Source: a virus (taxonomy: Duplodnaviria > Caudoviricetes). From it: a stretch of 63,438 nucleotides of DNA. The notes beneath the pieces are model-generated. The model searched no databases and was not told where the DNA came from. It saw only the letters and a list, made by a program, of their open reading frames with translations. Both the position numbers and the translations under genes were made by a program. Positions within the stretch are counted from its first letter, which is position 1, and the number at the start of each line of letters is the position of its first letter. Shown here one piece after another: positions 19,782 to 32,010 of the stretch. The stretch covers positions 1 through 63,438 of the IMG/VR virus record IMGVR_UViG_3300046170_000254. One strand, 5' to 3'.

Positions 19782-22700
19782 TTAATTTCTTTTAATTTTT
19801 GGTCTTTGTGGCCTGATACTTTTTGATTTTTTCTTTTTTCTTAATGGTGTTTTAGATTTTTTAGTTTGACTTTCAATCATACCTAAATCCCACTCAGTCC
19901 ATCCAAGCGACAATGCTATTGATTGCCAAAGTTCTGTTTCAGGTTGCATAGCTGTATAAACATTGTCAAGTTTCTGTACAACTCTATCAGCAGGTACATT
20001 TGTTCCGGCAGATATTACTTTTCCTGCAGCTAAGAGAGCTGGATTATCTAAACTAAATCCTTCAGTAAAAACTTTTTCTCTTGATTCTTTATATTTAAAT
20101 GTATTTCCTGCAGATATTAATTTTCTTAATTTAGAATTTATAGGAGGTGATATTGAGGTTGCTGCTATTGCAGCTTTTGTATAATCAGGTCTATCCTTTT
20201 TAGATTGATTGATTATTTCAAGTATAACGTTTTTAACTGTTGCTGCAGCTGCGCCATAAACTCCTGTTCCTCTTAATAAAGAATCTGCTGAACTATTAGC
20301 TATTCTATAATATTTTTCCTTAGCATCAACTTCTTCTTCATCATCAAATAATAATGCAAACAATGCAGATTGCAACGCGGAGAATATAATATTTTGTATT
20401 ACACCATAATAAGCAATCTTACTGATATTTGTTTTCCAATCGCCACGTCCATTAACTAAGTCAAGAGCAGCCTTCTTTTGTAATCTAGCGTATTGCATAG
20501 GCGTATTTGCAAAAGCAAGAACAACGCGCCCTAAACTACCTGCTTGTTCCATAGAAACTCTATCTGGTCTTGACGACTGCTGTGTTTCTTCTGCAATCTC
20601 TTGGAAATCAGTAAATGCCTCTTGCTCAGCTTCTTTTTGTTCTAAACCTTCTTTCTTATATTTTTTAATTCTATTACGATAAAATGTAGCACCCCCAGAA
20701 GCAATAGCAAATGAATCAGCAATTTGAGTAGGAGTAAAACCAATTTTTAATAAAGCATTGAATAATGCTCTAGGCGATGTTTCATTTCCTTTAGTAGCTT
20801 TAGCAATTTCATCCGCACTAATATCAGTTTGCAGCCCACTTCGTCTTTGCTTTAAAAAATCAGAATTAAATAGTTTTACAAAATCTTTTCTATACTGTCC
20901 AAAGTTTGCAAGAGCAGCTGCTGCGCTAATAGGGTTGTTATCTGAAAAGTTTATAAAGTTAACTGTAGATAATGTTTGGAGTACTGCGGATCTAGCGTTA
21001 AAGAACATGATACTTCCTACAGAATTGTTTACCCAATCCATCCAGGCTCTTTCCTGTTTACTCTGGCCCATTTTCCTATTAACACCTTTTTCCATTCTAT
21101 AAAGAATGTTTTCAAGTGCTTCAACATATTTTTCGCCGTATAAGCCTCGTAACTTTGTAATGTTTTTTTCAGAAAATATTATATCTTTATTTTCTTTCCA
21201 TTCAGATAAAAATTCAGATCGCTTTGCTCCATTGACATACCCAATTAAATCACTTGTTATATCACCATCTATCCAGTTAGCTTCTGGGGAGGGGTAACCT
21301 TCTGGGTTTAATCCCATTAATGTATCAGCAAAAGATTTAAATTTATCATTTTTCTTTATTGCTCTTATTGCATTGTTGACTTCCCCTTTATTAATACCAG
21401 GGTATATCAAAACCTTGTTTTTGCCACATATACATTCTAAGTGACTGTTCATTTGTAAAACCAGATTCATTTTCTTTTTTCAATCCACCAGGTACATCTT
21501 TTTTAGCTCGCTGTTTCAAAACAGACCACTCGCGCATAGCTCTTTGTTTTTCAGCTTCATAAGCTTGAATACCTCTTGAGAATGGTCGTAATAAATTTTC
21601 TCGATACCAATCCATTTGTTGGTTACCTTTTTCTTTACCAGCAAGCGTTGTGTATAGCAAACCTACAAAATCATCTGCTGAATAGGGAACAAAAATTGCC
21701 CCTTTACCCTTACCCTTAGCCATCACTCTAGCTTTAGCAGGTGAAAATCTTTCAGTCCATTTAACTCCAGTAGATTCTTCTAATATTTTATTAAACTCTT
21801 TGTTTAATGATTTAGAAAATTTTTGTACAAAAATTGAATTAATATTTTTTTCAATAAAAGCATTATTATTAGAATAACTTATATTAACTATTTTGTTTAA
21901 ATCAATATTAGAAGCAATATATCTATCTACCCATTTTTTCCAATTTTTGGGCATTACATGTGCATACCCCGCTTCATTAATTTTTTTAGAGTCAGCAACC
22001 GATATTGCTATTAAAACATAATCTTTTTTAGATTTTTTAAGATAATCTAAAAAGCCCTTTTTATTTTTATTTTTAGCAAAGCGTTTAGCAGCATTTAATA
22101 CTCTTTTCCATTGAATATGATTTTGAACAGCATGTTCATATTCAAAAGTTCTTGTTATTGGAATTTTAATTTCTTTTCCGTCTTTTGCATAAATGGTTTT
22201 AAATTTTTTATTTCCATCTTTATCTACAGCAAAAGTTTTTAAAGCTGTTGGATCATAACCTAAAAAAATAGCTCCTAATCTGTGCCAATGAGAAACGTCA
22301 TTACTAGAGGTTTGTAAAGTTGATTCAAGAAAATCAAACATATCAGGATTTTTCTCTAATATATTATAATACTTTTCCCACATGCTGTCATATACTCTTG
22401 AATATGTATTTTGTAATTTAAATATATTTCCGTTTTCTATATTATTTTTAATTTCAATAGCATTCCGACCAAATTTTTCAGCTGGATTACCAAACGACTC
22501 GCCAGGTTTTAATATATTAAAATTAGTTTTTGCTTTATAAGATATTATTGATTTTCTAAGATCTTTTATTTTTTCTCTTAATATTTGTTTTTCTTTTGGC
22601 TTTAACTTGTCAAATCCTTTAAGCTCATTTTCACTAACTACATAAGAAGGTCTTTGTGACCCTAGTTGAGTTTTAATATCACCAATTTCGTCTTGTAAAA

Positions 22701-25700
22701 TTTTTGAACCTTCTAATTTAGCGTTGCTCCATTCCGCCCACCCCTCAGGAGTTAGTAATTTTTTAGCAGTAACATTAAATTTTGAATTAGAATTTGAAAA
22801 TTTTATTTGTGGTGGATTTACCACTTCTTCAACTGGAAAAGCTTTGGGGTCATAAGCTATAAATATTGTTTCTGAACCATCTGGTATATCAGCTGGATAG
22901 TCATATGTTTCCCATCCTAATTCATTTGCAAACTTTTTATTTAAAGAATTATATAATCTTTTTCTACTTTCTTCTTTTGCGGTAAATGTTATAGAATTTA
23001 ATTTTTCTTTTTTAATTAAATCTATAGTTGCATTAGCTACAGTTCCAAATACTTTAAACTGATTAGTACGACCTTTTAACGCGTATTCTGTTAAACCCAC
23101 TCTTTTTGTGGTTGCAGATGCAAAAGATAATTCCCATGATTTTGGATCATTATTAATAGCTCCGTCCTCAATACCTTCAGTCTGCTCAAATATATCGTAG
23201 TTGTAACCTGAAGGATCTTTAAATGCATTTATTTCATAATCTATTTCACCTACTTTAAATTTATATAGCTTTGCGCTTTCTTCTAATGGGTTTAATTGGT
23301 TTTGTTCCCATTTACCATCAGCCTTAGTTGTGAGACTAAATTTAATATTAGCAGGGTCAGCCTCGTAAATTATATTATCAGATATTAATGAATATTTATC
23401 GCTTAATTTATCTAAGCTTGTTTTATTAAGTATTTTTGCTAATTCTTGAGATTCTAAATTGTATTCCGCTTTAGCATCGTTTATAATACTTTTAGAAAAT
23501 TTAAAGCCTTCCGCTCTATCAACTTGCTTAGCTATTAATGATTTAAAGTTTTCAGGTAATACTTCACCTGTAATACCAGCTATGTCTTGGTATTTTGAAA
23601 TAACATCAGGGTCATTTAAAACTTCCATAGTAGCATCAAAAGCAATTTCTTCTGCCATGCCCTCCACTACGGCCGTCTTTCTTGCTCCTTTAGTTGATGA
23701 ACCTACTTCGCTGCCTAAAAAGTATTTAATCCATTCTGCCTTGCTAATTTTCTTTTTAGTAAATACTTTATTACCTTCAGCTGTCCGTTCTCTAAGTTGT
23801 TTACCATTTTCATCTAATACAGGCTGCGCAAAATCAGAAAATCTTCTGTTAATAAGGCTCTGAGGCATTTTATTATAAATAGCTTCAAAATTATCACGTA
23901 AAAAATTTTCAAAATTAGCTCTAGTTCCTACAAACTTTGATAATGGTTTTTTAAGTTCTGTTCTAAATCTTTTTTGTAATTCAAACCTAAACTTAGGATC
24001 CTGAGGATTGGGTAGTTTTGTGCCAAAAGTTTTTACTACAGCATCTTTAACTTTGGTAACAAGGTCTTCAGATAAACCAATTTCTTTACGTAAACTTTTT
24101 ATTTCATCAGCTACCGCAACTTCTTTTTCTTCTATGATTTCTTCAGTAGTTACAGTATCAGTAACACCTTTAGCTTCTGTTACATCTAATTCAAAATCAG
24201 TTTTAAGAATGCGGTTAGCCGCTTCAATAGCTCTACGACTTAAAAATGTATTTATATAACCGGCTAATGGGGCACCTTTTGCTTTTTCAGGTGTGTATTC
24301 CATTATCATGTCTAGAATACCACGCTTACCAGTCTCTATTTCATCCTTAAGAAGCTCATATTCAAACCCAGGAACATCTCTATACTTATTTACTAGCTTG
24401 TCTACAATTGGCTTAAACTGGTCAATTATATCCATTGCACCAGCAGTTCCTTGTTCTTTGTATATACGTTGAACTTCATCAGATGCTTTTTGTGATCTTG
24501 AAAACTTTTCAACTTCTTTTTGTGAGGTTTTTGTAACATCAACAAGTTTGCCTTCAATACCTTTTCGAGCTTGTTCTAGTACTTTTTGCCTAATACCACC
24601 TTTAGAAATATCTTTGTTATAATCTTTTATGAAATTATATACGTCTCTACCGGTATCAAATTTTATTTTTTTAAATCCTAAATCTTGTAAAACTTTTCTT
24701 ATTGAATCTCCTATGCGCGTAAATATATTTTCATTATACTTAATATCTCCAGTAGCAGTTGCGTCAGAAAATAATGTTAAAATTTCTTCTGCTTGAACAC
24801 TTTCTGGATTCTTAGAATATAATTCAACTCTTCTTCTAAAATTTGAGTCTGCAATTTCATTTAAATTTAATTTAGAAATTTCTTCCCCTAAAGCTCTGCC
24901 TAAATTAATAGCTGTTTCTGGTTTTTCTTTTAGTGTTTTAAACAATAACCCATGCAGCAGCTCATGAGAAGCAACATTTACAGCGTCGGTATTTTTTGCT
25001 ATTTCTTTATTTATAAAAATTTGTTTTCCATCTCCAGAAATAAAACCATCAGACTCAACAGCTTCTTTTATTATATTTTCAGAAAAATTGTTTTTAATTA
25101 AGTACTCTTCTAAAGCTTTTTTAGTTTCAAAAGATTGAAAATCTATGCCTAATTGCTCGGCTTGTTTTTTAGAAATTTCAGCTGTTTTTTCAAATTGTTG
25201 TTCTTTAGCTAAAGAAATAATTTTATTATTTTCTTCGGTAAGTTTTTTAATTTCATCGTTAGCTAACTGAATAGCAGAATCCGGCCCTTTAATAGACTTT
25301 CTTTTATTTATAATATCAATATTTTTAGCATAATCCATTAACTGCTCTTTATTCATAGCGTTAATATTTAATGAATTTGCTTTTTTAATTTGTATTATTT
25401 TTTCAGTTTCTTTATTAATTTCTTCTCGAATAATATTAGCCGCCTCCCCGTCTGCTTTTTGTAAATCTAAACTTAAATTAGATATTTTTGCCCCTGCAGT
25501 CTTCATTTGATTTTGTTGAGCTTCAGGGGTAAGTAAAAATTCTGCTCTATTTCTAGCAGCAGTTGACGCTCCACCAATTTCAGCAATAGTGTTTATAGAG
25601 CCTCCCATTAAACCACCAATAATAGCTCCGTCCATTACTCTATAAAAAGCATCTTCTGGTATATCTTTACCTAAAGTTATAGCGTCAACTATCATATTAG

Positions 25701-26724
25701 CCCCCTCAGTTGCTCCTTCAGATAATGATTCTTTAAAAATGCCTAAACCAAACCTTTTTCCAGCCGCTCCTAAACCTTCTTTTAATATTTTAGCAGCTTC
25801 CTGAGTTGAACCCCTACCTATCAAACCTTTCGCTTTTCCAATTAAGCCCATGGTCGTTCTTTCAAATAAAGCTTCTGTAGCCCCCGTTCCTGCGGCGTTT
25901 AAAGCTAGTAATGCTAAAGACTCTTCTGGATTATTTTTAAATTCTTCATCAAATTTATTGCCAGCTACACTAGACCCAAAAACAGCTAAACCTCCTGCAC
26001 CTGTAAAAGCCATAGCTACTGAAGGTAACGATTGCAACGCGCCTCCTATAGCTAATTCCGCTGCTTCTGCATAATTATTATTTTCAATAGCTTTAGTAAC
26101 AGAAGTGTTTTCTGTTTTTCTAATGTGCTCATTTATATCTGATAATATGTTATCATATTGGCCGGTAGATAAATATGTTGAGCCCGGAACCCCTTGTGCT
26201 AAAGCAGATTTTAAACCTATTTTTTCTTCATTAGATAATGGATTTCCTAAAACATCCGCAACCCCCGCTGTTGTAGTTAATACAACATCTTCAGCAAATG
26301 CTTGTGTACCTCTTAAGAAATCAGTAATTCCATAAACAGTTTTAGCTGCTAAAGATTCTGCTATAGATGGATCTTTTTCTTCAATTTTTTTAACTTGTAA
26401 TAGTTCTTGTTTTATTTCACCTGTTTTTTGAAACTCTTCAAAAGCAGGGCGTTGAGCAATAGTAAACTCGCCTTGTTCAAAACTACTTTTTATTTTTTGT
26501 AAATCCGATGAAATATCTTCCGATAGTAATTCCGTAGCGGTTGGTTGTATTTCGGGTGTTACATTTTCCTCCACAGGCACACCCTGGTTTTCTTCCTTTG
26601 GAGGAGTTATCTTTCCCGGCTCTTCCGCACTTACTTCTATAGCATCAGGATTGTCTGTTAAAAATTGTTGTACAATATTATCTGGTATATCGTAAATAGT
26701 ATTATTCGATTCAAACTTAGGCAT
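19782..26724 (-). CDS. Giant (~2,310 aa) ejection/internal virion polyvalent protein with a zincin motif, a sigma-like module and others; one extra C near 21400
   Basis: ORFs 21391..26724 and 19782..21470 join as ...QGFDIPGINKGEV on deleting one base; HELLH at aa 587-591; last and largest gene of the podoviral ejection trio. Confidence 0.8.
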
Positions 26725-26728
26725 AAGA

Positions 26729-27994
26729 TTAGTTTGTTATAAATTGTGAATAAGGGTCTTCAGAAGGACCTTCGTATATTTTAGGATAAATTCTATTTGC
26801 TGTTGCTGCATCCACACCTTTAGCTAATAAAAGAGTTCTTCGAATATCGTCATCTGACATGTCTGAAGATATAATTAAATCATCACCTCCAGGAACAGCG
26901 CTTTTTATATATAAAGCATCACCACCTGCTAATTCGATTTCTTTATCTATTTTAGGTGAAATATTCAACGAACCTAATTCTTTTGAAAAAACTGTACTAT
27001 TAAAATCAACCATACCTTCTTTAGTTCTAGGTATTTTAATGTTTTTAATTAAGTTATTTGTTGAAAATATTTTTTGTTGTTTTAGAGCTTCTGGATCAGT
27101 TTTACTTGGCTTTGGTTTTCTAATTTCATTTAACTCTTTAGCGTAAAGCGAAAGGTCTCTTAAATATAAAGTATCTTCTACGTCTTTTCTAATTTTAGCC
27201 ATAGGAGTAATAGCGTAATAAGCTTCTTGTTCAGATCTTGTTTTATCTTTTAAGAAATAACCCAAAGCAGCGTTTTTTACATCTTCGTCTGAAATGCTAT
27301 TTACTGTTTTAGCTGCTACATCTCTAATTCTTTCATCTGTTAATGAACCAGAAGTTAATGATCTTTTCTTTAATCTTCCGAATGCAGCGTCCTCTAATTT
27401 AAGTAGTATGCTTTTATCAGCTGCTTCAACTGGTGAAATGCTAGCTAAATCAATTAATGTTTTCCCACCATCAGTACTTAAAAAATATTTGCCATCCTTT
27501 TCAACCCATTCTTTTTTAGTGTTTAAATCAATAGCTGCAATTAAAGCTGCTTTATTTTGAGGATTACCCCAAGGAGCCATCTCTATATTTTTAGCAACAT
27601 TTGTATAATCAGAGCCTAAACTCTTTTTCATTTTCATTAAGCTATTTAAACCTTTAACTTTATTTTGAAGTTTAGCTAATTGTATATTATACTCGGTAAC
27701 ACCAATTTCATCTTTTCTTTTAATTAAATCAAAAGCTTCGTCCTTAATTTTAAAAGCCTCTTTAGATGTAGAATCTAATACATCCTCACCTACCGTAGTT
27801 AAATCTATATTATCTACAGATAAAAAGTCTTTAGACCTAATTTCATTTTCTTTTTTTTCAAGTTCAAGTTGTTGCTGTCTAAGTACAACTGCATTACCGT
27901 AAGTTTCTTTAAATCTATCAGCAAAACCTTTTCCAAAGTCTGTAAATTTAGGGGCTACATCTCTAGCTCCCTGTACTAATATTCTATCTGCCAT
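26729..27994 (-). CDS. Putative ejection/internal virion protein
   Basis: Helical and charged; located between tail genes and the giant protein. Confidence 0.6.
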   Translation of the reverse strand: MADRILVQGARDVAPKFTDFGKGFADRFKETYGNAVVLRQQQLELEKKENEIRSKDFLSVDNIDLTTVGEDVLDSTSKEAFKIKDEAFDLIKRKDEIGVTEYNIQLAKLQNKVKGLNSLMKMKKSLGSDYTNVAKNIEMAPWGNPQNKAALIAAIDLNTKKEWVEKDGKYFLSTDGGKTLIDLASISPVEAADKSILLKLEDAAFGRLKKRSLTSGSLTDERIRDVAAKTVNSISDEDVKNAALGYFLKDKTRSEQEAYYAITPMAKIRKDVEDTLYLRDLSLYAKELNEIRKPKPSKTDPEALKQQKIFSTNNLIKNIKIPRTKEGMVDFNSTVFSKELGSLNISPKIDKEIELAGGDALYIKSAVPGGDDLIISSDMSDDDIRRTLLLAKGVDAATANRIYPKIYEGPSEDPYSQFITN

Positions 27995-27996
27995 GC

Positions 27997-28863
27997 TTAA
28001 GTAATTTTTGATTTAAATAAACCGCCAATACCACCCGGCATACCCACAGCTCCCAGGGCTGCTCCAGCCAAATCACCAATTCCTCCTACTAAAGATTGTG
28101 TAGCTTGTTGTCTAGCTAGATCTGCTGCAGCTTTTCTCTGTTGGTCCATTCCTAATATTGTTCCAGTTCTTTCAAACTCCCTAGTTTCAAGTCTTTCTGC
28201 GCCCCCAGCTTCCATTAATTGGTTACTAGCAGTTTGTTTTGCTATAAGTTGTTGTATGCCTGCTTCTTGTCTCGCAATATCTCCTGATATTCTTTGAGTT
28301 TGTATTGCTTGAGCCTGTGACAACGATTGGGCTAATGCGGCCGCCCCAGCACCTCCTCCAGCACTTCTAAGTGCGTCTAAAGTTTGGGCTAACCCTTGTT
28401 GTTGTTGCTGTGCTTGAAACTCTGCTGCTTCTGTTGAAACTCTTAAATCTTCAAATGGATTTTCTAAATCAGTATAAGCATTCTGAAATTCAAAGTCTTT
28501 ATAGGAAGCTAAAGATTGGTTATAAGCGTCTTGAGCGGCTCTTTGCTCTTTTCTTCTAGCCCTACCCCCTACAATACCACTTATTATCCCGCCAATTCCG
28601 CTCACTGCTCCACCAATAACATTTGCTTTTTCAAAAGCGCTAGCGGTTGGAGAAACATCAAGGTTGCCTGAGATTGCGCCTGCTCCTGAAACGTCTAAGC
28701 TATCAGCTGCTAATTTTTTTTGGAGCCCTCCTCTTACACTAAGTGGATCTGGGACACTACTAGTCACTGGGCTAATACTAGACATTGCAAGCCCTGCGAT
28801 AGGTCTTCTTTTATCTATTCCAGAAACAGTTACGTTTTCTAATTTAATTTCTTCTTCATCCAT
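27997..28863 (-). CDS. Putative ejection (pilot) protein
   Basis: Gly/Ala-rich hydrophobic ends around a Gln/Ala-rich coiled coil. Confidence 0.7.
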   Translation of the reverse strand: MDEEEIKLENVTVSGIDKRRPIAGLAMSSISPVTSSVPDPLSVRGGLQKKLAADSLDVSGAGAISGNLDVSPTASAFEKANVIGGAVSGIGGIISGIVGGRARRKEQRAAQDAYNQSLASYKDFEFQNAYTDLENPFEDLRVSTEAAEFQAQQQQQGLAQTLDALRSAGGGAGAAALAQSLSQAQAIQTQRISGDIARQEAGIQQLIAKQTASNQLMEAGGAERLETREFERTGTILGMDQQRKAAADLARQQATQSLVGGIGDLAGAALGAVGMPGGIGGLFKSKIT

Positions 28864-28865
28864 AA

Positions 28866-29183
28866 TTAATTACTGCTTATAAACATTTCTGAGCTAACAG
28901 CAAAAAGCTCTGCTTCAGAAGTTGATTGATTTTTCATTTTTACTTCAGCATAATACCCTATTATACCTGATGTATTTACTTCATTATCTTTTCCAAAAAA
29001 GATAAATGAGTTGCTTGTTAAACTACTAGTATCACCAGTTTCTTCACAAACTATAGAAGAGGTATTAATAGTAGCTACAGGCCCTATTGTTTTAATAGAA
29101 CCTGAGGTTTCATAATAAATAATATCCCCAACTTGTAAGGAGGTATTTTTATCAAAATTTATGTTTAACGTTATCTGACTCAT
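28866..29183 (-). CDS. Small tail-associated protein
   Basis: NTSLQVGD...GYYAEVKM.N....ELFAV; position in the tail module. Confidence 0.6.
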   Translation of the reverse strand: MSQITLNINFDKNTSLQVGDIIYYETSGSIKTIGPVATINTSSIVCEETGDTSSLTSNSFIFFGKDNEVNTSGIIGYYAEVKMKNQSTSEAELFAVSSEMFISSN

Positions 29184-29221
29184 GCTATTATTATTACGTC
29201 TTAATTAAGTATGTTAATTAG

Positions 29222-30230
29222 CTATGAACACTGGTTTCTTTCAAGTGAAGCTACTGTAACGCCATTAGACGATGCCGTTGAATCCAAATCTACCGGAGGA
29301 AGATCATATGTTCCAGCGTTGTATGCTATCTCTAAATCATATTGATTAGCATTACCGTATTTTTGATATACAGCATTCGTGTCCCCACTATAACGAGGTA
29401 TCAGCACATGACTCCATCCAGTTATATCTGTTAATGATCTAACAACTCTATCATTAAGAGCTCCATTTGAATTATAATCACTACACTCTCTTACTGCTAT
29501 ATAATAATATGTAGGAGGTGGTGTAGGAGTTGGGGGTGTGGGAGGCGTCGGATCTGTACAGCCAGTTGCTCCAGTAGCATCTAAAGATTTAACTGTATTT
29601 GTATGCGTAGCCGCACCAGGACTGCCGCTATAAGTATATCGGGCATTGTTATCTGTTGGGTCAATTCTTCTTTCATCTGTAATCGGAGAAGAAGCTAATA
29701 GTACATCTACTGAAACCCCGGCTGCACAAGGGTCAAAAGTATAATATAAATGCGGAGTTGCAGCTGGTGTAACAACTGCTGTATCAGTACAACTTATATA
29801 TTGATTACCATCTCCTGTGTTAGTATACCCTTCGGGTATTAAAATACTAGCTGTATATGTTGTAACGTTTTCAGAGTAAATAGAAGGTGTTATACCACTT
29901 AAAGTTCCGCCACTTACTGTACCAGTTACAGAATCTCCCGCAGTTCCATCAGCTACATTAAAATTAGCGTCAACACATGTAAACTCTTCTGTAGGACCTG
30001 GCTCTGGTATAACCGGTAGGTTTAAAGAAAAACTTATATTAGCACAATCTCCATTGGACGCATAAGCCGTAACTGAAGCTCCATTTTCAACAGTAACTAA
30101 TATACCTTGCTCTAATTCAAACTTTGTTGTAGATGCAGGGAACAATTGCTCCTGGATCGGCAAAAAGAAGTATTTCGTCTCCGTTTGAAAAGGATTTACC
30201 AAATGTTCCAAATATTTTATATACTGCCAT
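29222..30230 (-). CDS. Cys-containing, Pro/Thr-rich virion appendage protein; extra base near 30138
   Basis: Start MAVYKIFG at 30230; PTPPTPPTPTPPP; shares a ~65-aa domain with 32011..33010. Confidence 0.7.
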
Positions 30231-30254
30231 TTTATTATTATTAACTTTTAATTT

Positions 30255-30875
30255 TTAATCTAAAAAACCCCATATACCAGTGTGATGATGTTTTGTAAAA
30301 CAAATATCTTTTGAACTATTAAACAAATCATTAGGTAGTTTTTTTACCTTTTTATTATTGTTTATTATAAAATCAGATAGAGCAATTGGGCCTACGGTTT
30401 TTCTTACTATAGTACCTGGTATTTTTTCTTTAATATTAGGATACATTGCTACGTTTTCTAAATTTTTAAATATAGATTCTCTGCAGTGATATAAAAACTC
30501 AGTCCAAAAATTTGATTGAGACGAGATCATTAAACTATTTTGAAACACTTCGTCTTCCGCATATGCTTCAATTATATATATGTTATTATTATTTATTTGG
30601 TGCATGAAAGGAGATATTAATTCTATGTCAATATCTATATATGCACCACCTATTTTTTCAAGAATCAAACCTCTAACGTAATCTAGTCTAAATATCTTAT
30701 GAGATTGATTTAATACTTTAAAAAAGTTAGGATCGTATTTTTTTATAAAATCATCTATTTCGTTATCATTCCAAACTTTTATATCGCTATAATGTTTTTG
30801 CCAAGAAGCTAAACAAGTATGCCACATATCTGGCCAAATGTTTTTGTTTTTAGGTGCTAGAAAGTGTAAAGTCAT
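30255..30875 (-). CDS. DXD-motif glycosyltransferase (GT32/OCH1-like)
   Basis: SWQK....IKVWND, DYVR..IL...GGAYIDID, N.LM.S, TVGP, HHHTGIW. Confidence 0.85.
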   Translation of the reverse strand: MTLHFLAPKNKNIWPDMWHTCLASWQKHYSDIKVWNDNEIDDFIKKYDPNFFKVLNQSHKIFRLDYVRGLILEKIGGAYIDIDIELISPFMHQINNNNIYIIEAYAEDEVFQNSLMISSQSNFWTEFLYHCRESIFKNLENVAMYPNIKEKIPGTIVRKTVGPIALSDFIINNNKKVKKLPNDLFNSSKDICFTKHHHTGIWGFLD

Positions 30876-32000
30876 CGAACTTATAATGAACAAATAAATT
30901 TCTGAAGTAATTACCCTCAAAATTTTCTTTACGCCCATGCTCGCACACAGGCTCCTTCGTAAAGTATCATATCACCTGGTTGTGCATAAATTTTATGCCA
31001 TTCTCCATTGTGATCTTTAATATCTAAAGGCCAATCATTTTTGCCATTTAAATCTTTATCTACAATTATTATAGAAGATATATGATGGGTTTCAATTCTA
31101 TCTACATGCGGAACTAATGTTGCTCCATTTTGATAAGACCTAATCCCATATATATAAGAAGGCGTAAGTTTTTTTCCAGCAAATTCTTCGTGGGTTTTTA
31201 ATAGTTCATTGTGAATAAAACTTCTTATATTAGAAACGTAATCAAAATTTAATAATTCAGTTCCTCCGTTTTTAATAAAATCTTTTTTACCTTCAAAAAC
31301 TTCTTCTGTATTCTTATCTTTAATTAACTTATAAGAATCTTGAATTATTCCCCATATAGTTTTAGGTAAAGGAATTACTTTAAAACCTTTTTCTGTAAGT
31401 TTAGGTAAGCCAGAATCAGTAAAATTACTAGGTTCAGTTTTATTTGTTGACCAAGCATTTTCTCTCCACCAAGATGTTATTATATACTTTTTACCTGATT
31501 TAACTTCACACCCTTCATGCATTGCATCAGGTATTATGTTTTTGTTTTCATCTATGTTTTTCCAAAAAATCGCCTTACCTGTTTCTGGTATTACGGACTT
31601 ATCAATATTTGTAAACCTTGTTTCACCACCCTCAAAATTATCATTTAAATAAATCATTAAAGTGTATACCTCGGTTCCCGGCTGCTCCAGCATGCGCTTC
31701 ATAAGAATTACCAGAAAAAGCGTCCTGGTGCGGCTTAAAATACTCACCTGGTTCATACATTTGCCCTTGTAAAGATTCCCCGTTTTCTATAGGAAAACCT
31801 AAATAATTTGCTATTTTTTGGTGTACACTTCTAACAGTACTATCTATTGTTCCTAAATTAGAGGTAGAGGACGTTCTACTATCTTCATAAATAGACTTGC
31901 CCTCTGCTCCAATTACTTGTGATTTAAAATTATTATTATTAATTAGATTTATAATATAATCACATTCTTCTTTTTTTAAAAAATTTTTAATTTCATTCAT
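30850..32000 (-). CDS. Tandem 2OG-Fe(II) oxygenase with an N-terminal prolyl 4-hydroxylase-like domain; two insertions (~31680, ~30950)
   Basis: Domain 1: RTSS, ESLQ...Y.PGEYF.PHQD, MIYLND..EGGET.F, H.GC.V..G.K. Domain 2: L.PHVDR, PGDMILYE, HGR. Confidence 0.88.
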
Positions 32001-32010
32001 TTAATTTAAT

